Below, in pieces: positions 26,762 to 41,622 of a stretch of 64,000 nt of DNA. Positions within the stretch are counted from its first letter, which is position 1. The number at the start of each line of letters is the position of its first letter. The DNA is from Octopus vulgaris. Taxonomy: Eukaryota. The translations under genes were made by a program, and so were the position numbers. Where the stretch lies: positions 201,686,001-201,750,000 of the forward strand of contig OX597814.1 of assembly GCA_951406725.2 (NCBI GenBank). Reading direction: 5' to 3'. Under the pieces are notes generated by a model. It was not told where the DNA came from, ran no database searches, and saw only the letters and a program-made list of their open reading frames with translations.

Positions 26762-27216
26762 ATTTTAGCACAATCCCAACAAACTTTTATTGGGTGGAGA
26801 TTACATTACCCCCTTCCCTATTGCCTGGTATTTTATTTCATTGTCCCTGAAAGAATGAAAAGCAAACATAATCTTGGCAGGAAATGAACCCCTGCATTGC
26901 CTTACTGGCACTTGTGCTGGTGACATGTGAAAAAACATTCAAGTGAGGTCATTGCCAGTGCCGTTGGACTGGCTCCTGTGCTGGTGGCACATAAAAAGCA
27001 CCATTTGAGCGTGGCTGTTGTGAGTACCACTTCACTGGCCCTTGTGCCGGTGGCGCGTATAGCACCCACTACACTCTTGGAGTAGTTGGTGTTAGGAAGG
27101 GCATCCAGCTGTAGAAACTCTGCCAGATCAAGATTGGAGCCTGGTGCAGACATCTGGTTCACCAGACCTCAGTCAAATCGTCCAACCCATGCTAGCATGG
27201 AAAGCGGACGTTAAAC

Positions 27217-27261
<45 letters not shown>

Positions 27262-27653
27262 TGTTAAGAGACTGAACAAATACCACAAGCCATTTTTTTC
27301 TGACTCTCTAACAATTCTGCTTGGCTCATCACTTTAAATTGTTTAAAATAATCTCATTATTAAATTTGTTTTTCTCTTTCTGTTTACCGTTTGCAAACAT
27401 GTATTTATTTCCCCCATGTTTTGGTTGCTGTTTCTGCATTGAAGAACTTTTATTACTAATTCATGAGCGAAAAGAAGTTTTATTTCAAAAATCATTGCCT
27501 TTCCTGAAAACAAAAAATAACACCAGTCGTAAATTCCTACCTGTTTATGGTGAAAGTAGGCAATTGGTTTTTTTTTTAGATAATTTCACCTGATAAAAAT
27601 ATACAATAAAAAAAACACTGCAAGTGAATTGAAACCACATATAACCAAAAGAA

Positions 27654-27712
<59 letters not shown>

Positions 27713-27899
27713 CAACAACAACACCAATGATGATGATGATGATGATGTTGATACTAATAATGATGATGATGATGATGGTGGTGGTGGTAGTGGTGGTTGT
27801 GATGATGATGATGAGGAGGAGGAGGATAACCAAAACCACACAATAAAAAGGCCTCTTGGAATTAATGGAATATCCACTGATTCAGCCTCCTTAGAAGAG

Positions 27900-28845
27900 C
27901 AAAAGTTGGGGAGGGGAGGTATGAACGTAGAAGATGTAAAGATGTGCTCTCAGAAAAATCAAGCAAATGGAAATCTCCAGGAAAGGATAAAATTCTTAAC
28001 TTCTGGTTGACTGCTTTCTCAGGAAATCATGAACTACTGACAAGAATTTTACAACAATGTTTTGCAGCAACCGAATACGATTCCCTCTTCGCTAGTTATT
28101 GGTGTTAGTTTCTACTTTGAAAAAAATGAAGAAACAAATGAACCAAAAACTTATAGACCCATAACCTGCTTAACAACAATGTATTAGATATTAACATCTG
28201 TCTTGATTGAATACACTTATAACATCTTAATAGAAAATGGCATCTTCCCTAATGAGTAAAAATAATGTAAATGAGGGCCCTGTGGTGGCAAAGATCAGCT
28301 TCTCATCACTAAGATGAATTTGGAAGATTGTCACAAGAAGCTATTGCTTGGATAGACTATAAAAAGTACTTTTGATAGTCTCTACAGAGCTGGATTGAGA
28401 AATGTTTGGAAATTTATAAAATCGCCTCTACTCTATGAAACTACTTATCTGTAAGAATGAGAACATGGAAAACTACACTGACTTTGAATAAACAGAATGA
28501 ATCTTTGATGTAAGAATTTCATGTGGCATTTTCCAGGGTGACTCCCTATCACCAATCCTCTTTTGTCTAGCCTTAATACCTCTTTCCATATTGCTCGATG
28601 AAGTACAATGCAACTATAAAATGTCTGATAAAAATATAAATCCTCTCATTTACATGGATGATTTAAAGCTCTTTGCAAAAATGACCAGCAAATTCAGGGT
28701 TAACAAGCTATTGTAAAAGAGTTTAGTGATGACAGAATGGAATTTGGCCTCGATAAATGTGCAAAAGGAAAAATGGTAGAAACATCCAACGTTAAACTTG
28801 ACCAACAGAATGTCATAAAAGAGTTAGAACTAGCAGGGTGCTACA
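27900..28845 (+). pseudogene. R4/Dong-clade LINE reverse-transcriptase relic
   Basis: WKSPGKD, PKTYRPITCL, KDQLLI, AWIDYKK, CGIFQGDSLSPILFCLAL, YMDDLKLFA and MEFGLDKCA motifs across frameshifts. Confidence 0.9.
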
Positions 28846-28847
28846 AG

Positions 28848-29130
28848 GAGGCGGACTTGCGGTTGGAGGATCGCGGTTTTGATTCCCAGACCGGGCGTTG
28901 TATGTGTTTATTGAGCGAAAACACCTAAAAGTTCCAAGAGGCTCTGGCAGGAGGTGGTGGCGACCCCTGTTGTAATCTTTCGCCCCAACTTTCTCTCACT
29001 CTTTCTTCCTGTTTCTTGAGCAATGCTGCGATGGACTGGCGTCCCATCCAGCTGGGGTGGGGGGACACATACACCACAGAAACTGGGAAATCAGCCCATG
29101 AGCCTGGCTAGGCTTGAAAAGGGTGCATAA
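28848..29130 (+). mobile_element. tRNA-derived SINE (family also at 34655-34960 plus and 30145-30447 minus)
   Basis: B-box-like gattccc, tgtgtttattgagcgaaaacacctaaa and ctgcgatggactggc segments shared between copies. Confidence 0.7.
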
Positions 29131-29860
29131 AATTAAAAAAATAATATCACCAAAGATCTCAGTCACTTGCCACTGTCTCTGTGAAGCCCAGCATTCGAAG
29201 GGTGCTTTGACATTGGTCACAACTACAATTGGCATTGATAGAAGAACCACTGGTCTGTGGGAACAGCAGTAGGGACGGCAGTTATAGTTGCCTTGGTGAC
29301 TGAGAGAGAGAGAGAGAGAAAGAAAGAGAGAGGGAGAGAAAGAAAGAGAAAGAGAGAAAGAAAGAGAAAGAGAGAAAGAAAGAGAAAGAGAGAAAGACAG
29401 AGGAAAATTGTCTTCAGTGAAAGTTGCAAAACCGCTCTCCTTCCATGCACATTTCTCCTCTCACCATTCCTTTATTGGTCGCTGACAAATTCCTTGCTTA
29501 TATTTATTTCAATAAAAAATATTTTCAGCATGTGTGTATGCATATATACATATGTGTGTTTGTATATGAATGTATGTGTGTGTGTGTGTGAGTGTGTGTA
29601 TAAATGTACTGATAGGGGAACCCAACAGTCACAAATAAGTCTGAAATTTTAATAATTTTTCAATTTTTTTTTTGTGGGAGGGGATTTTTCATAAATGTTA
29701 TTAAATATTAAAAAGTCATGAAGAAGTTTCAACATTTAAGAAAATACAAAAATGGATTTTATAAAATATTAAAATTTCAAACTTTTTCATGACTTTTGAC
29801 TTACATTTTATGTGTGTGTGTGTGTATATATATATATATACAGTGATAATAATAATAATA

Positions 29861-29895
<35 letters not shown>

Positions 29896-30008
29896 GTGTA
29901 TGTATGTATGTATGTATGTATGGATATATCTATCTATCATCATCGCTAAACGATGATGATGATGATGATGATGATGATGTATGTATGTATATATATGTAT
30001 ATATATAT

Positions 30009-30069
<61 letters not shown>

Positions 30070-30447
30070 AACAGATAGATAGATAAATATATAATATATA
30101 TATGTGTATATTATATCCATATATATATATGAATATATATATCATGTGATCACATGACCGACCAGGCCATCAGATGTTGCTACACATCACTGGTCACAAT
30201 GCGCTTTGCATTGTTTTAACCTTGAATGACGCCACCCTGCTGGCTAAGCAAGCAGGCCAACAGAAGAAATAGTGAGAGAAAGTTGCAGTGAAAGAGTACA
30301 GCAGGGATTGCCACCAGCCCCTGCCAGATCCTCGTGGAGTTTTAGGTGTTTTTGCTCAATAAACACTCACAATGCCCTGTCTGGGAATGGAAACCACAAT
30401 CCTATGACCGCGAGTCCACTGCCCTAACCACTGGACCACTGCGCCTC

Positions 30448-30507
<60 letters not shown>

Positions 30508-30605
30508 CATACATATATATGTATATATATACACACACATACATGTGTGTGTGTGTATCAGATTAGTATAGTTTTCATGAAGCATTGTCTGATATACATA
30601 GATAC

Positions 30606-30674
<69 letters not shown>

Positions 30675-31681
30675 TGTATGTATGTATGTACATATATATA
30701 TATACAGACGTTTTTTGAATTTTTTAAAACCAATGGTTAGGTGAAATGGTTAGTACCTTTACCTGGTGTTTCAATACCTCAGAGTTAGGATCCCTTCTAC
30801 AGGAAATTTACATAGAAAAGGTGTTGATAGCTGATATTTCCATAAATTTCATGAAGAACGGCACCTGTGTCAGTGGAACGTTAAAAGAACCATTCAATTA
30901 TGATCATTGCCAGCACAGCTGACTGGCTCCCATGCCGGGGGCACATAAGAAAAAAAAAGCACCATTCAAGCATGGTCATTGCCAGTACTGCTAGACTGGC
31001 TGCTGTGCAGGTGGCATGTAAAAAAACACCATTTGAGCATGGCTAATGCCAGTTCTGCCTGACTGGCCCTCGTGCTGGTGGCACATAAAAGCACCCACTA
31101 CACTCTCAGAGTGGTTGGCGTTAGGAAGGGCATCCAGCTGTAGAAACTCTGCCAGATCAAGATTGGAGCCTGGTGCAGCCTTCTGGCTCGCCAGCCCACA
31201 ATCAAACCATCCAACCCATGCCAGCATGGAAAGCAGACGTTAAACGATGCTGCAGCTGCTGAGGATGGTGTGACAACGGTGATGATGATGGTGATGATGA
31301 TGATAAAGGGTCCTAACTCATTGACTCACATTATTTAATTTTTATAAATTGCAGTTTTTTGGCTTTAAAAAAAATATTCAAAACATTTATATCTTCATCA
31401 TCATCATCATGATTTAATGTCCATTTTCCATACTAGCATAGGTTGGAAAGCTTGTCAGAAACTGGCAAGTCAGAAGATGCACAAAGCTCTTCCATCAATC
31501 ATAGATAGGCCCAGAGGAAAAGAAATGATGGAATAATTTAGCTGCTTGGAAAGTGGTTGATTCTGCTGTAAAAGGGGACAAAAAAATTGATCAAAACAAA
31601 TTCTTAAAATGGAAGAAATATCAAACGATTCTTTTCAAAACTCATAGTGAATTGCAGCACATCTTATAAGGGTAGAACTAA

Positions 31682-31748
<67 letters not shown>

Positions 31749-31969
31749 CAATAATTATCATTATCAATATCATTATTAAAAAAAGCACCCACTACATTCA
31801 CGGAGTGGTTGGCGTTAGGAAGGGCATCCAGCCGTAGAAACACTGCCAGATCAGACTGGGCCTGATGCAGCCTTCTGGCTTCACAGACACCAGTTGAACC
31901 GTCCAACCCATGCTAGCATGGAAAGCGGACGCTAAATTATGATCATCATCTTCATCATTATCATTATTA

Positions 31970-32006
<37 letters not shown>

Positions 32007-32051
32007 GATAATAACAACACCAATGATAATTATGATAATAATAATAATAAT

Positions 32052-32887
32052 TTGGAATGGCCTGGAAAGAGAAAAATGTATGGTCAGTTTGCAAGAGATA
32101 CAAGCTCCAAGATAGATACTGAGAGCCAGTGGTTATGAATGCAGAGGAGTGAGTTAATGATAGAAACCGCAACATTTAATGTGCAGCACAAGAATAAGCA
32201 TTGTGGACTAACTATGTGATGTACAGAATTGATAATACAGCTGAGAGCAACAAATGCAGAATTTGTGGTAAGAAGGGTGAAACAGTATGGCACTTTGTTA
32301 ATGAATGCCTGAAATTGGCACAACGTGACAATATGGCAAGTATGATCTATGGGGAACTCTGTGGAAATTATGGCCTAAAACAATCATCGACATGGTATGA
32401 CCAGATCCCAGAAGGAGAATGAAGATTGCAAAATCTTGTGAGCTGCAACGATCCAGTGTAACTATCAGATTAGACATCGGAAATCTGACATTGTTGTAGA
32501 GAACAGTAAAAATGAAACATGTTTGATAATTGACAAAGCATGTGCAAGTGACAACAGGATCAAAGAGAAAGAAGAAAGAAAAGTGAACGACTATGATGAA
32601 TTGAAGTGGGAAATATGCAGGGTGTGGGCAACGAAGAGAGGGGACATGACAATGGTAGTGACTGCTGTGCTTGGAAGTATCAGCACTCAACTACCAACAT
32701 GGTTCAAAATGATTGCAACAAATGTAAAGATGGATCACCTGGAAAGATCATTGCTTGGAACTGCAAGAGTTTTCTGTTGGGTTCTTGAAACACAACTAGT
32801 AAACAAGTGTCATCTTAGTCTACTAGCTGTGACAGCCGATACTTACCATCATATCCAGCAAAATAAGCTGAGAGTTTTCATAAAATA
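32052..32887 (+). mobile_element. 5'-truncated R4/Dong LINE (CCHC knuckle plus restriction-like endonuclease) in an (AAT)n tract
   Basis: AAQE*AL, CRICGKKGETVWHFVNEC, RKSDIVV, LIID, KEERK..YDEL, LLGTAR; (AAT)n on both flanks. Confidence 0.9.
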
Positions 32888-32984
32888 ATAATAATAACAA
32901 CAACAACAACAACAACGATGACGACGACGACGCTGATGATGATAATAATAATAATGATGATGATGAATTCTTATCTTAACTGAT

Positions 32985-33530
32985 TAGCAGTGTTATCATG
33001 TACATTGTTTGGTCTTGGTATAAAAGATGGGCTACAGCAAACATTCTGCTCAATACCACAGATTTGCTTGTCAGTTCCTTGACCATAACCAGTTGAGCAT
33101 GTGCCTTAGTGGTTGATGATATGTGCATCTCTGATCACGAGCAGAAGTAGTGGGGGAGCATTATAACCATGTGTCGAGAGGAATTCTTTGGGGTTTGGAT
33201 AATTCACCTCTGGAAACATGGGTGTTTCGTTCATCATCCTTAAACAACCCTTATTCAGGGACCTTTTGAGTAGGATGGGCTACTCAACCTGAAGAAAATT
33301 CTAACTGGGCCCCACCTGCAAGGTCATGCAGTTTTAATCTTGATATGAGCTCACTGTGTTGCGCACATATGGTTGAGATGCATGTGCCTGGTGTACTCTT
33401 ATCAGACGAGTAGTCATGATGGGTATACTGGGCTTCGTATATTTTACTCCAGCATCACTTTGATGGCATGCACAGCTCTCTCACTCAATAACAATAATAA
33501 TAATAATAATAACAACAACAACAACAACAA
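32985..33530 (+). repeat. Unclassified ~500-bp interspersed repeat ending in (AAT)n, possibly a LINE 3' UTR
   Basis: GC-richer non-coding block bounded by triplet tracts; only one copy in the window. Confidence 0.35.
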
Positions 33531-33883
33531 CAAATGATAATTTGTTTTATTTGTCACCAGTGCATAAAATGAGGGAAACATTACAATGACAGTCTACAAT
33601 TTGTGTTGGGGTTTAGATAAACGATGAGGGGAAGAAAGGGAGTAAACAGAGAAATGAGATAAAAGTGTGCATAGAACAAAAAATCCCATCTATGACACAG
33701 CCCTCTTGATAGAGGGGAAAACAATCAAGGGACCCTGAAAATCCAATATCACTCTGACCACCAAGGGTACAAGTCTTGACCCATCTGTTGTTCTCCAATC
33801 TACAGGTGCATGCTAAGAGTTGCACTTTTCACCCTATTTTCGCTACACCTTTTGACCCTGAAAGGTTTTTCAATGATAATTCT

Positions 33884-34354
33884 TTAACCCTTTCATTGCT
33901 GTATTTATTTTGAGATGATCCGTGTTTCTTTCAATTAATTTTTAATATAACAAAGAATTTATTAAAATAACTTAGTTATCTTTAAGCTTGTGTTAGGAAC
34001 ATAAATTGTGACTAAGGTTTGGTGGAAGATTTTAATTCAAAACTTATGAAGACAAGACATTTGTACTCAGAGCCAGAGTTGGTTTCAGCCGGGTTGGTAA
34101 CAAAAGGGTTAAATTAATAATTTGTTAACCCTTTTGTTACCATATTTCTGTTGAGAAACTCTGTGTTTCTTTCAATTAATTTTAAATATAAGAAAGAATT
34201 TAGTAGAATATCTTAGTTATCATTCAGTTAGTGTTAGGAACATAAATTGTGACTAAGGTTTGGTGGAAGATTTTAATTCCAAACTTATGAAAACAAGACA
34301 TTTGTACTACAGAGTCAGAACTGGTTTCAGCCGGGTTGGTAATGAAGGGGTTAA
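33884..34354. mobile_element. Head-to-tail dimer of the piggyBac-type MITE
   Basis: TTAA at 33884, 34109, 34125 and 34351; terminal inverted motifs cccttttgttacc / ggtaacaaaaggg. Confidence 0.85.
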
Positions 34355-35304
34355 AAGAGAAAATGGCCTACAGTGTGCATGTTATTAAATGGAAAAACAG
34401 TTAGTATGAATCATCATAAGACATTTTTGTGTATAAATATATTGTTTATTCTGTGTTCACCATTTGTGGTGGGAGCAGGTAGTATGATACAAAAACGTGT
34501 GTTTATATACAAAGAAAGTTTTGATTTTTTTGCTTTTGTGCTGAAAGAAGTAACATATAATATTTGTATGTATGCATGTGTGTAATGAGAACAGTCATTT
34601 TGACAATGTGTGTGATAAAATAGCTTCGTTTACGAACCATATATCTTGTGTCATGGAGACACATGGCCTATGGGTTAGAGCAGTGAACTCGTGGTCGAGG
34701 GATCGCGAATTTGAATCTCATACCGGGCGATGTGTGTGTTTATGAGCGAAACACCTAAGCTCCATGTGGCTCCGGCAGAAGGTAATGGCGAATTTCTGCT
34801 GACTCTTTTGCCACAATTTTCTCTCACTTTTTCCTCCTGCATCTTTGCAGCTCACCTGCGATGGACTGGCATCCTGTCCAGGTGGGGAACCTATACGCCA
34901 AAGAAACTGGGAAGCCAGCCCTTATGAGCCAGGCATGACTCAAGAAGAAACAAACAAAACAATATCTTTTGTCGAGGTGAATAGACATGTGAATTGCACG
35001 TGGGAGATTATGCATGGAGCTGCAGAGAAGACATGTGTCTTTGACCAAAGCCTGACAGGAACTGAGAGTTCCTACCGTGTAGCTCAGAACGAGGCTAATG
35101 TCTCAGAACAAGGCCACTGTATCAAAGCAAGGCTAGTGTATCAAAGCAAGGCTAGATGCCACATCGATATATTCATCTGCTGTGCAGCTCAATTCACATA
35201 ATTCTATGTAATATGTAGCTCTTTGTTTTGAATTGCTGAGACACAACAAATTTCCCTTGATTTTTCTGAGCTGCCTAACTCACACATTTATTCCCTGCAT
35301 TTAC

Positions 35305-35565
35305 AAGTGGTTCTCAATCACTTTTTCCTAATGGACCCCTTTGAATTCTATTCTACGCTACTGGACCCTCATGGCTATTCGATGTATATAAACCAAAAAG
35401 AAAACCATGCTGTATTTTTAGAACCAAATATTATTAGGAACTGTAAAAAAAAAAATTTAATATTTTGTGTATTGTAAGAAGTGTAAGCAATTCATTGCTC
35501 ATAAATTTGAACAAAATCTTATACAGACCCTCATGGGTCATGCAGACCCTGATCGAGAATTGCTG
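35305..35565. mobile_element. hAT/Charlie-like MITE, decayed
   Basis: Ends agtggttctcaa / tcgagaattgctg; atttacaa is duplicated at both borders. Confidence 0.6.
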
Positions 35566-35819
35566 ATTTACAACAACTCCAGATTGGCTGGCTTATAAAT
35601 TCTTCTGATTTATCTATGAAATATGCAACACATATATACACACACAAACACATGTACCTCATACCATATACACACACACAAGGCTACAATAAATACTTAC
35701 TGTTTCCTTTATACTGAATATACTAACTCAGGGCGTAATAATAATAATAATATTTGTAACTCACCAGTCACAATGGGAAATGGAGAAAGAATAACATTGT
35801 TCATGGTGGATATATGAAC

Positions 35820-36367
35820 AAGGAGAGTGAAAAGAAGGCGAGGAGGATGAGGGAAAGGAAGAAGGAGGTGGAGGAGGAAGTGAAGGAAGAGGAAGAGAAG
35901 GAGGAGAAAGTGGAAGGGTAGTAGGAGGAGAGAAAGAAAGGGGAAAAGGAAGATGAAGAAGATGAAGGAGGAGGAGGAGGAGGAGGAGGAGGAGGAGGAG
36001 GAGGAGGAACAAAAGAAAGGGGAAAGGGGAAAAGAAAGGTGAGGAGAAGGAGGCAAAAGAGGAATGAGAGAAGAAGAAGGAGGGAGAGAGAATGGGGGAG
36101 AAGTGAAGGAGGAGGAAAAGAAAATGGAGAAAGAAGTGAAGAAGAAAATGGAGGAGGAGGAGAAGGAGAAGGAGGAAAAGAAAGTGGAGAAAGAAGTGAA
36201 GATAAAAGAGGAGTAGAAGCAAAAGAAAGGGAGAAGGGGGAAAAGGAGGAAATTAGAGATGAGGAGGAGGAAGAATGAGAGAAGATGAAGGCGGGAGAGA
36301 AAGGGGAGGAGGAGGAGGAGGAGGAGGAGGAGAATGAGAAGAAGAAGAAGAAGAAGAAGAAGAAGAA

Positions 36368-36410
<43 letters not shown>

Positions 36411-37025
36411 GAGAAGAAGAAGAAGAAGAAGAAGAAGGAGAAGAAGGAGAAGAAGGAGGAGAAGAAGAAGAAGAAGAAGAAGAAGAAGGAGAAGAAGAAG
36501 AAGAAGAAGAAGAAGGAGGAGAAGAAGAAGAAGAAGAAGAAGAAGAAGGAGAAGAAGAAGAAGAAGAAGGAGAAGAAGGAGAAGAAGGAGAAGAAGAAGA
36601 AGAAGAAGAAGAAGAAGAAGAAGAGAGAAGAAGAAGAAGAAGAAGAAGAAGAAGGAGAAGAAGAAGAAGAAGAAGAAGAAGAAGAAGGAGAAGAAGAAGA
36701 AGAAGAAGAAGAAGAAGAAGAAGGAGAAGAAGAAGAAGAAGAAGAAGAAGGAGAAGGAGAAGAAGAAGAAGAAGAAGAAGTAGAAAAAAAAGAAGAAAAA
36801 AGAAGAAGAAGAAGAAGAAGAGGAAGGAGAAGAAGAAGAAGGAGAAGAAGAAGAAGAAGAAGGAGAAGAAGGAAGAAGAAGAAGAAGGAGAAGAAGAAGA
36901 AGAAGGAGAAGAAGAAGAAGGAGATGATGGAGAAGAAGAAGAAGAAGAAGAAGAAGAAGAAGAAGAAGAAAGAAGAAGAAGAAGAAGAAGAAGAAGAAGA
37001 AGAAGCAACAAGAGAAGAAGAAAAT
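35820..37025. repeat. ~1.2-kb polypurine tract, (GAA/GGA)n
   Basis: Seen directly; source of the poly-K/E/R/L/F/S ORFs. Confidence 0.95.
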
Positions 37026-38095
37026 GTTTAGAGTAAAACAAACCTGAAAATAATATAAACCTGAAAATGTTGAGTAGAAGAAGAGATTAATTTTGTGTAT
37101 TTGCTTGTTTTTTTGTTTCATCTTGTTATTTTTTTTTTTAGGAAGCAAGATGGCAGAAATATATTCAGTGAAACATGATGTTAAAGCATTGAAATATATT
37201 TTATAATTCTGCCAGAGTCTCTTGTGGACCAGAAGTGATGAAGCTTAAATCAAAATGGATTCACACAAATAAAACTGTTATGATTGCATTACAAAAAATA
37301 TTCCTGTTAAACTCCTTCCACAGTGTATTCTTTGCTAACCGTGTACGATACTAAACTAACAGGACTAATGGTGGCGGATGAGGGGGGGGGGTTATATTTT
37401 CTTTTTCTTTTATTTTATCTTTTGCTTGTTTCAGTCATTGGACTGTGGCCATGCTGGAGCAATGCCGTGACGAATTCTTTTAGTTGAATGACTTGACCAT
37501 AACCCTCTTTTTCTTTTGAAGCTTGATATCTATTCTGTTGATCTCTTTTGCTGAACTGCTAAGTTATGGGGATGTAACCAAACTAACACTGTTTGCCAAG
37601 CAGTGGTGGTAAACAAAAACAGATACAGAGACACTCACGCACACACACACACACTATCCTGTACAATTATATGACTATCCGAATGTGACCACTGCCAGGC
37701 CCACCTGACTGGCTCCTGTGCCAGAGGCACGTAAAAAGGACTATCTGAATGTGATCGATGCCAGACCCACCTGACTGGCTCCTATGCTGGTGGCACATAA
37801 AATGCACCCAGTACATTCTAAGAGTGGTTGGCGTTAGGAAGGGCATCCAACTGTAGAAAGATTGCCAGATCAGATTGGAACCTGGTGCAGCCTCCTGGCT
37901 CTCTTGACCTCAGTCAAACATGGAAAACGGACGTTAAACAGTGATGACGATGAAGATGATTTGCACCACCTAATCAAACCATGGTTCAATTCCACGTCAT
38001 GGTACCTTGCCTTCAACTAAAGCCCCAGGCTGACCAAAACCCTGCGCATAGATTTCGTAGATGAAAACTGAAAGAAGCCTATGTGTTTGTGTGTG

Positions 38096-38147
<52 letters not shown>

Positions 38148-38384
38148 TGTGTATGTGTGTGTGTGTGTGTTGGGATCTTGGATTCTTGAAATTATGGAAC
38201 AGTCATAAAATAATTGCCACTGTCATAGAAGAAATATCATTCATTTCTAATATTCTGTGAAAAAATGCCTGGCAACAAGGGAAGTGTTGTTCTTTCATAG
38301 AAAGCAGGAAGAACATCCAGAAGAGGAAATCTACCTCAATAAACTCCATCCAACCCATTCATGCGTGGAGAAGTGGGTATTAAG

Positions 38385-38469
38385 ATGATGATGGTGATGA
38401 TAACAATGATGATGCTCATGCCGATCATGACCATGACAATGATGATGATGATGGTGTTGTGACAATGGA

Positions 38470-38509
<40 letters not shown>

Positions 38510-38625
38510 TGACGATGGTGATGATGATGATGATGGTGATTATGATTATGATGATGACAATGATTATGATGATGATGATGATGATGATGATGATTATGAT
38601 GATGATGATGATGATGATTATGATT

Positions 38626-38664
<39 letters not shown>

Positions 38665-39030
38665 ATGATGATGATGATGACAATGACGATGATGATCAGG
38701 AAGAGACTGATGACAATGATGATGATGATGTGACGACAGTGGTGATGATGATTATTATGTTCTGAATGCAATGATGACGATGATGCTGATGAAGACGATG
38801 ATGATAATGGTGATGCTTATGAAGAAGATGATGATGCTGATGCTGATCCTGATGATGATGAGGAGAAGGAGGATGGTGACAATGATGATAATGATGTGAC
38901 AATGGTGGTGATGATGACGATGACGATGACGATGAGGAGGAGGGGGAGGGGGAGGAGGAGGAAGAAGACGAGGAAGAAGAAGTGGAGAAGGAACAGGAGG
39001 ATGACGACGACGATGATGACAATGACGAGG
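38385..39030. repeat. Long degenerate (GAT)n array
   Basis: Seen directly. Confidence 0.9.
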
Positions 39031-39638
39031 GGATATAATTAAAGCAATTTTGGGGCACGAGTTAAGTGATTAAGAAGCTTCGTTCCCTTTTAAAAATATT
39101 CAAGCCAAGAAATTACCGATAGTCTTTGAAAGACATATTAAAAGATTTTCGTAAAAATCCCATCCATTTTATTCCTTATTCCAGTTCTTCAATTGTTCCT
39201 TTGTTAACATTAAAATAACTAAATATATTTTTTCTTCACTTCATGATTATGTATTGTGACATCAAAATAAAGTGAATTTAAATCAATTTTTCAAAAGTAG
39301 TTTTTCCTAAGACCATATAAATTATAAAATTGAATATATTTTTTTTTTTACCAAGAGAACACAAGCCTTGCCCGATACAGTTAAGTATGTAAATAACTTT
39401 TGTTATCAACGTACATACATACATACATTTTTGTTTTTTTTTAAATATATATACACATTTTTGTCCCTTTCTTCTTAATAACATTATTCTATAGCATTTA
39501 AAACATTGTTATATGGTTCATATATATATATATATATAATATATAAAATATGATATATACAATATATATATATATATATATATAATATATATATACATAA
39601 CATACATACATACATACATACATACATACATACATACA

Positions 39639-39726
<88 letters not shown>

Positions 39727-39921
39727 CATAAATATATATTTATATAAACATGCATATATATACATGTATATATATATTTATATGTATATATCTATATGTC
39801 TATATATATGTGTGTGTGTATACCTTTGTGCATGTATATGTGCTTCTTGTTGTTTGTGATGTTTCTCCTTTATTCTTGAAAGTTTGCTCTTTTAAGATTT
39901 AAAACATTACATTATACTGAG

Positions 39922-39972
<51 letters not shown>

Positions 39973-40498
39973 AATACATATATATACACACACACACATA
40001 TATATATACATAAATACATATATATACACACACACACATATATATATATACATAAATGCATATATATACACACACACACATATATATATACACATATCCA
40101 CGTATCCCTCATACATTCATATATGTGAGTCTTTATTTGTGATGTTTATTCCTTTCTTATATTCTTAACATAATTTCTTCTTATGAGATTTAAAACATTA
40201 AATTATAAAGGTTTTCTCTCAATTCTGTTTTTTCTTCTCTCAATTCTGTTTTTTTTTCTCTAACAAAATTGCTGTTTTCTCTTCCTAATTTTTTCTCTTT
40301 CATACATATTCATTTCTACCAGCTGCTGTGTTATTTTTTCTCGATTTCTTTAATTGAATTCTCAATCATAAAATTATAATCAACTTAATGTTAATCTAAG
40401 TTTCCTTCATATAATTTCTGCTGCGTGCAAGTGTGTATATCCCTGTATCTATCCAACTACCCACCTATCTTTCTATCTATCTATCTTTCTATCCATCA

Positions 40499-40582
<84 letters not shown>

Positions 40583-41116
40583 GTCTGTCTGTCTGTCTGT
40601 CTGTTTCTCTATCTGTCTCTCTGTCTATCTATCTATCTATCTATCATCATCATCATCATCATTGTTTAACGTCCGCTTTCCATGCTGGCATGGGTTGGAC
40701 GGTTTGAGGGCTGGCAAGCTAGATCGCTGCACCAGACTCCAATCCGATCTGGCAATGCTTCTACAGCTTGATACTCTTCCTAACGCAATCATTCCGATAG
40801 TGTAGTGGGTGCTTTCTACATGCCACTGGCACAGGAGCCAGTCAGGCAGGCCTGGCATTGGTCATGTTTGGATAGTGCTTTTGGTGTGCCAACAGCATGG
40901 GGAGCAGTCAGGGGGTACTGGTATCGGCTACTTTCGGATGGTGCTTTTTACATGCTACCAGCATGGTAGCCAGTCAGGTGGACCTGGTATCTATCTATCT
41001 ATCCAGCTATCTAGCTACACACACATACACATCTGTGTGTGTGTGTGCATAAATATACATAGACAAATGCACACACACATGAAGATTTTTATCTGATCTC
41101 TTGCTTTTCATATATG

Positions 41117-41167
<51 letters not shown>

Positions 41168-41334
41168 TGCAGTGGCTGTGTGGTGAGTAGCTTTCTTACC
41201 AACCAAATCGTTCAGGGTTCAGTCCTACTGTGTGGCACCTTGGGCAAGTGTCTTCTACTATAGCCTCAGGCCGACCAAAGCCCTGTGAGTGGATTTGGTA
41301 GATGGAAACTGAAAGAAGCCTGTTGTATATATAC

Positions 41335-41368
<34 letters not shown>

Positions 41369-41577
41369 GTTTGTGTGTCTGTGTTTGTCCCCTAACATCG
41401 CTTGACAACCGAAGCTGGTGTGTTTACATCCCTGTAACTTAGCGGTTTGGTGAAAGAGACTGATAGAATAAGTACTAGGCTTACAAAGAATAAGTCCTGG
41501 GGTCAATTTGTTTGACTAAAGGCAATGCTCCAGCATGGCCACAGTCAAATGACTGAAACAAGTAAAAGAATAAAAGA

Positions 41578-41580
<3 letters not shown>
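41168..41580 (+). mobile_element. SINE family A, full length
   Basis: Head, CORE-like segment, internal microsatellite and tail all present. Confidence 0.9.

Positions 41581-41622
<42 letters not shown>

Noticed and set aside
33205-33245. HHR-like UGAUGA-AC-GAAAC on the minus strand
   Set aside because: C3 is missing and there is no stem II.
35709-37148. 479-aa and overlapping long ORFs
   Set aside because: Translations of a (GAA/GGA)n tract.
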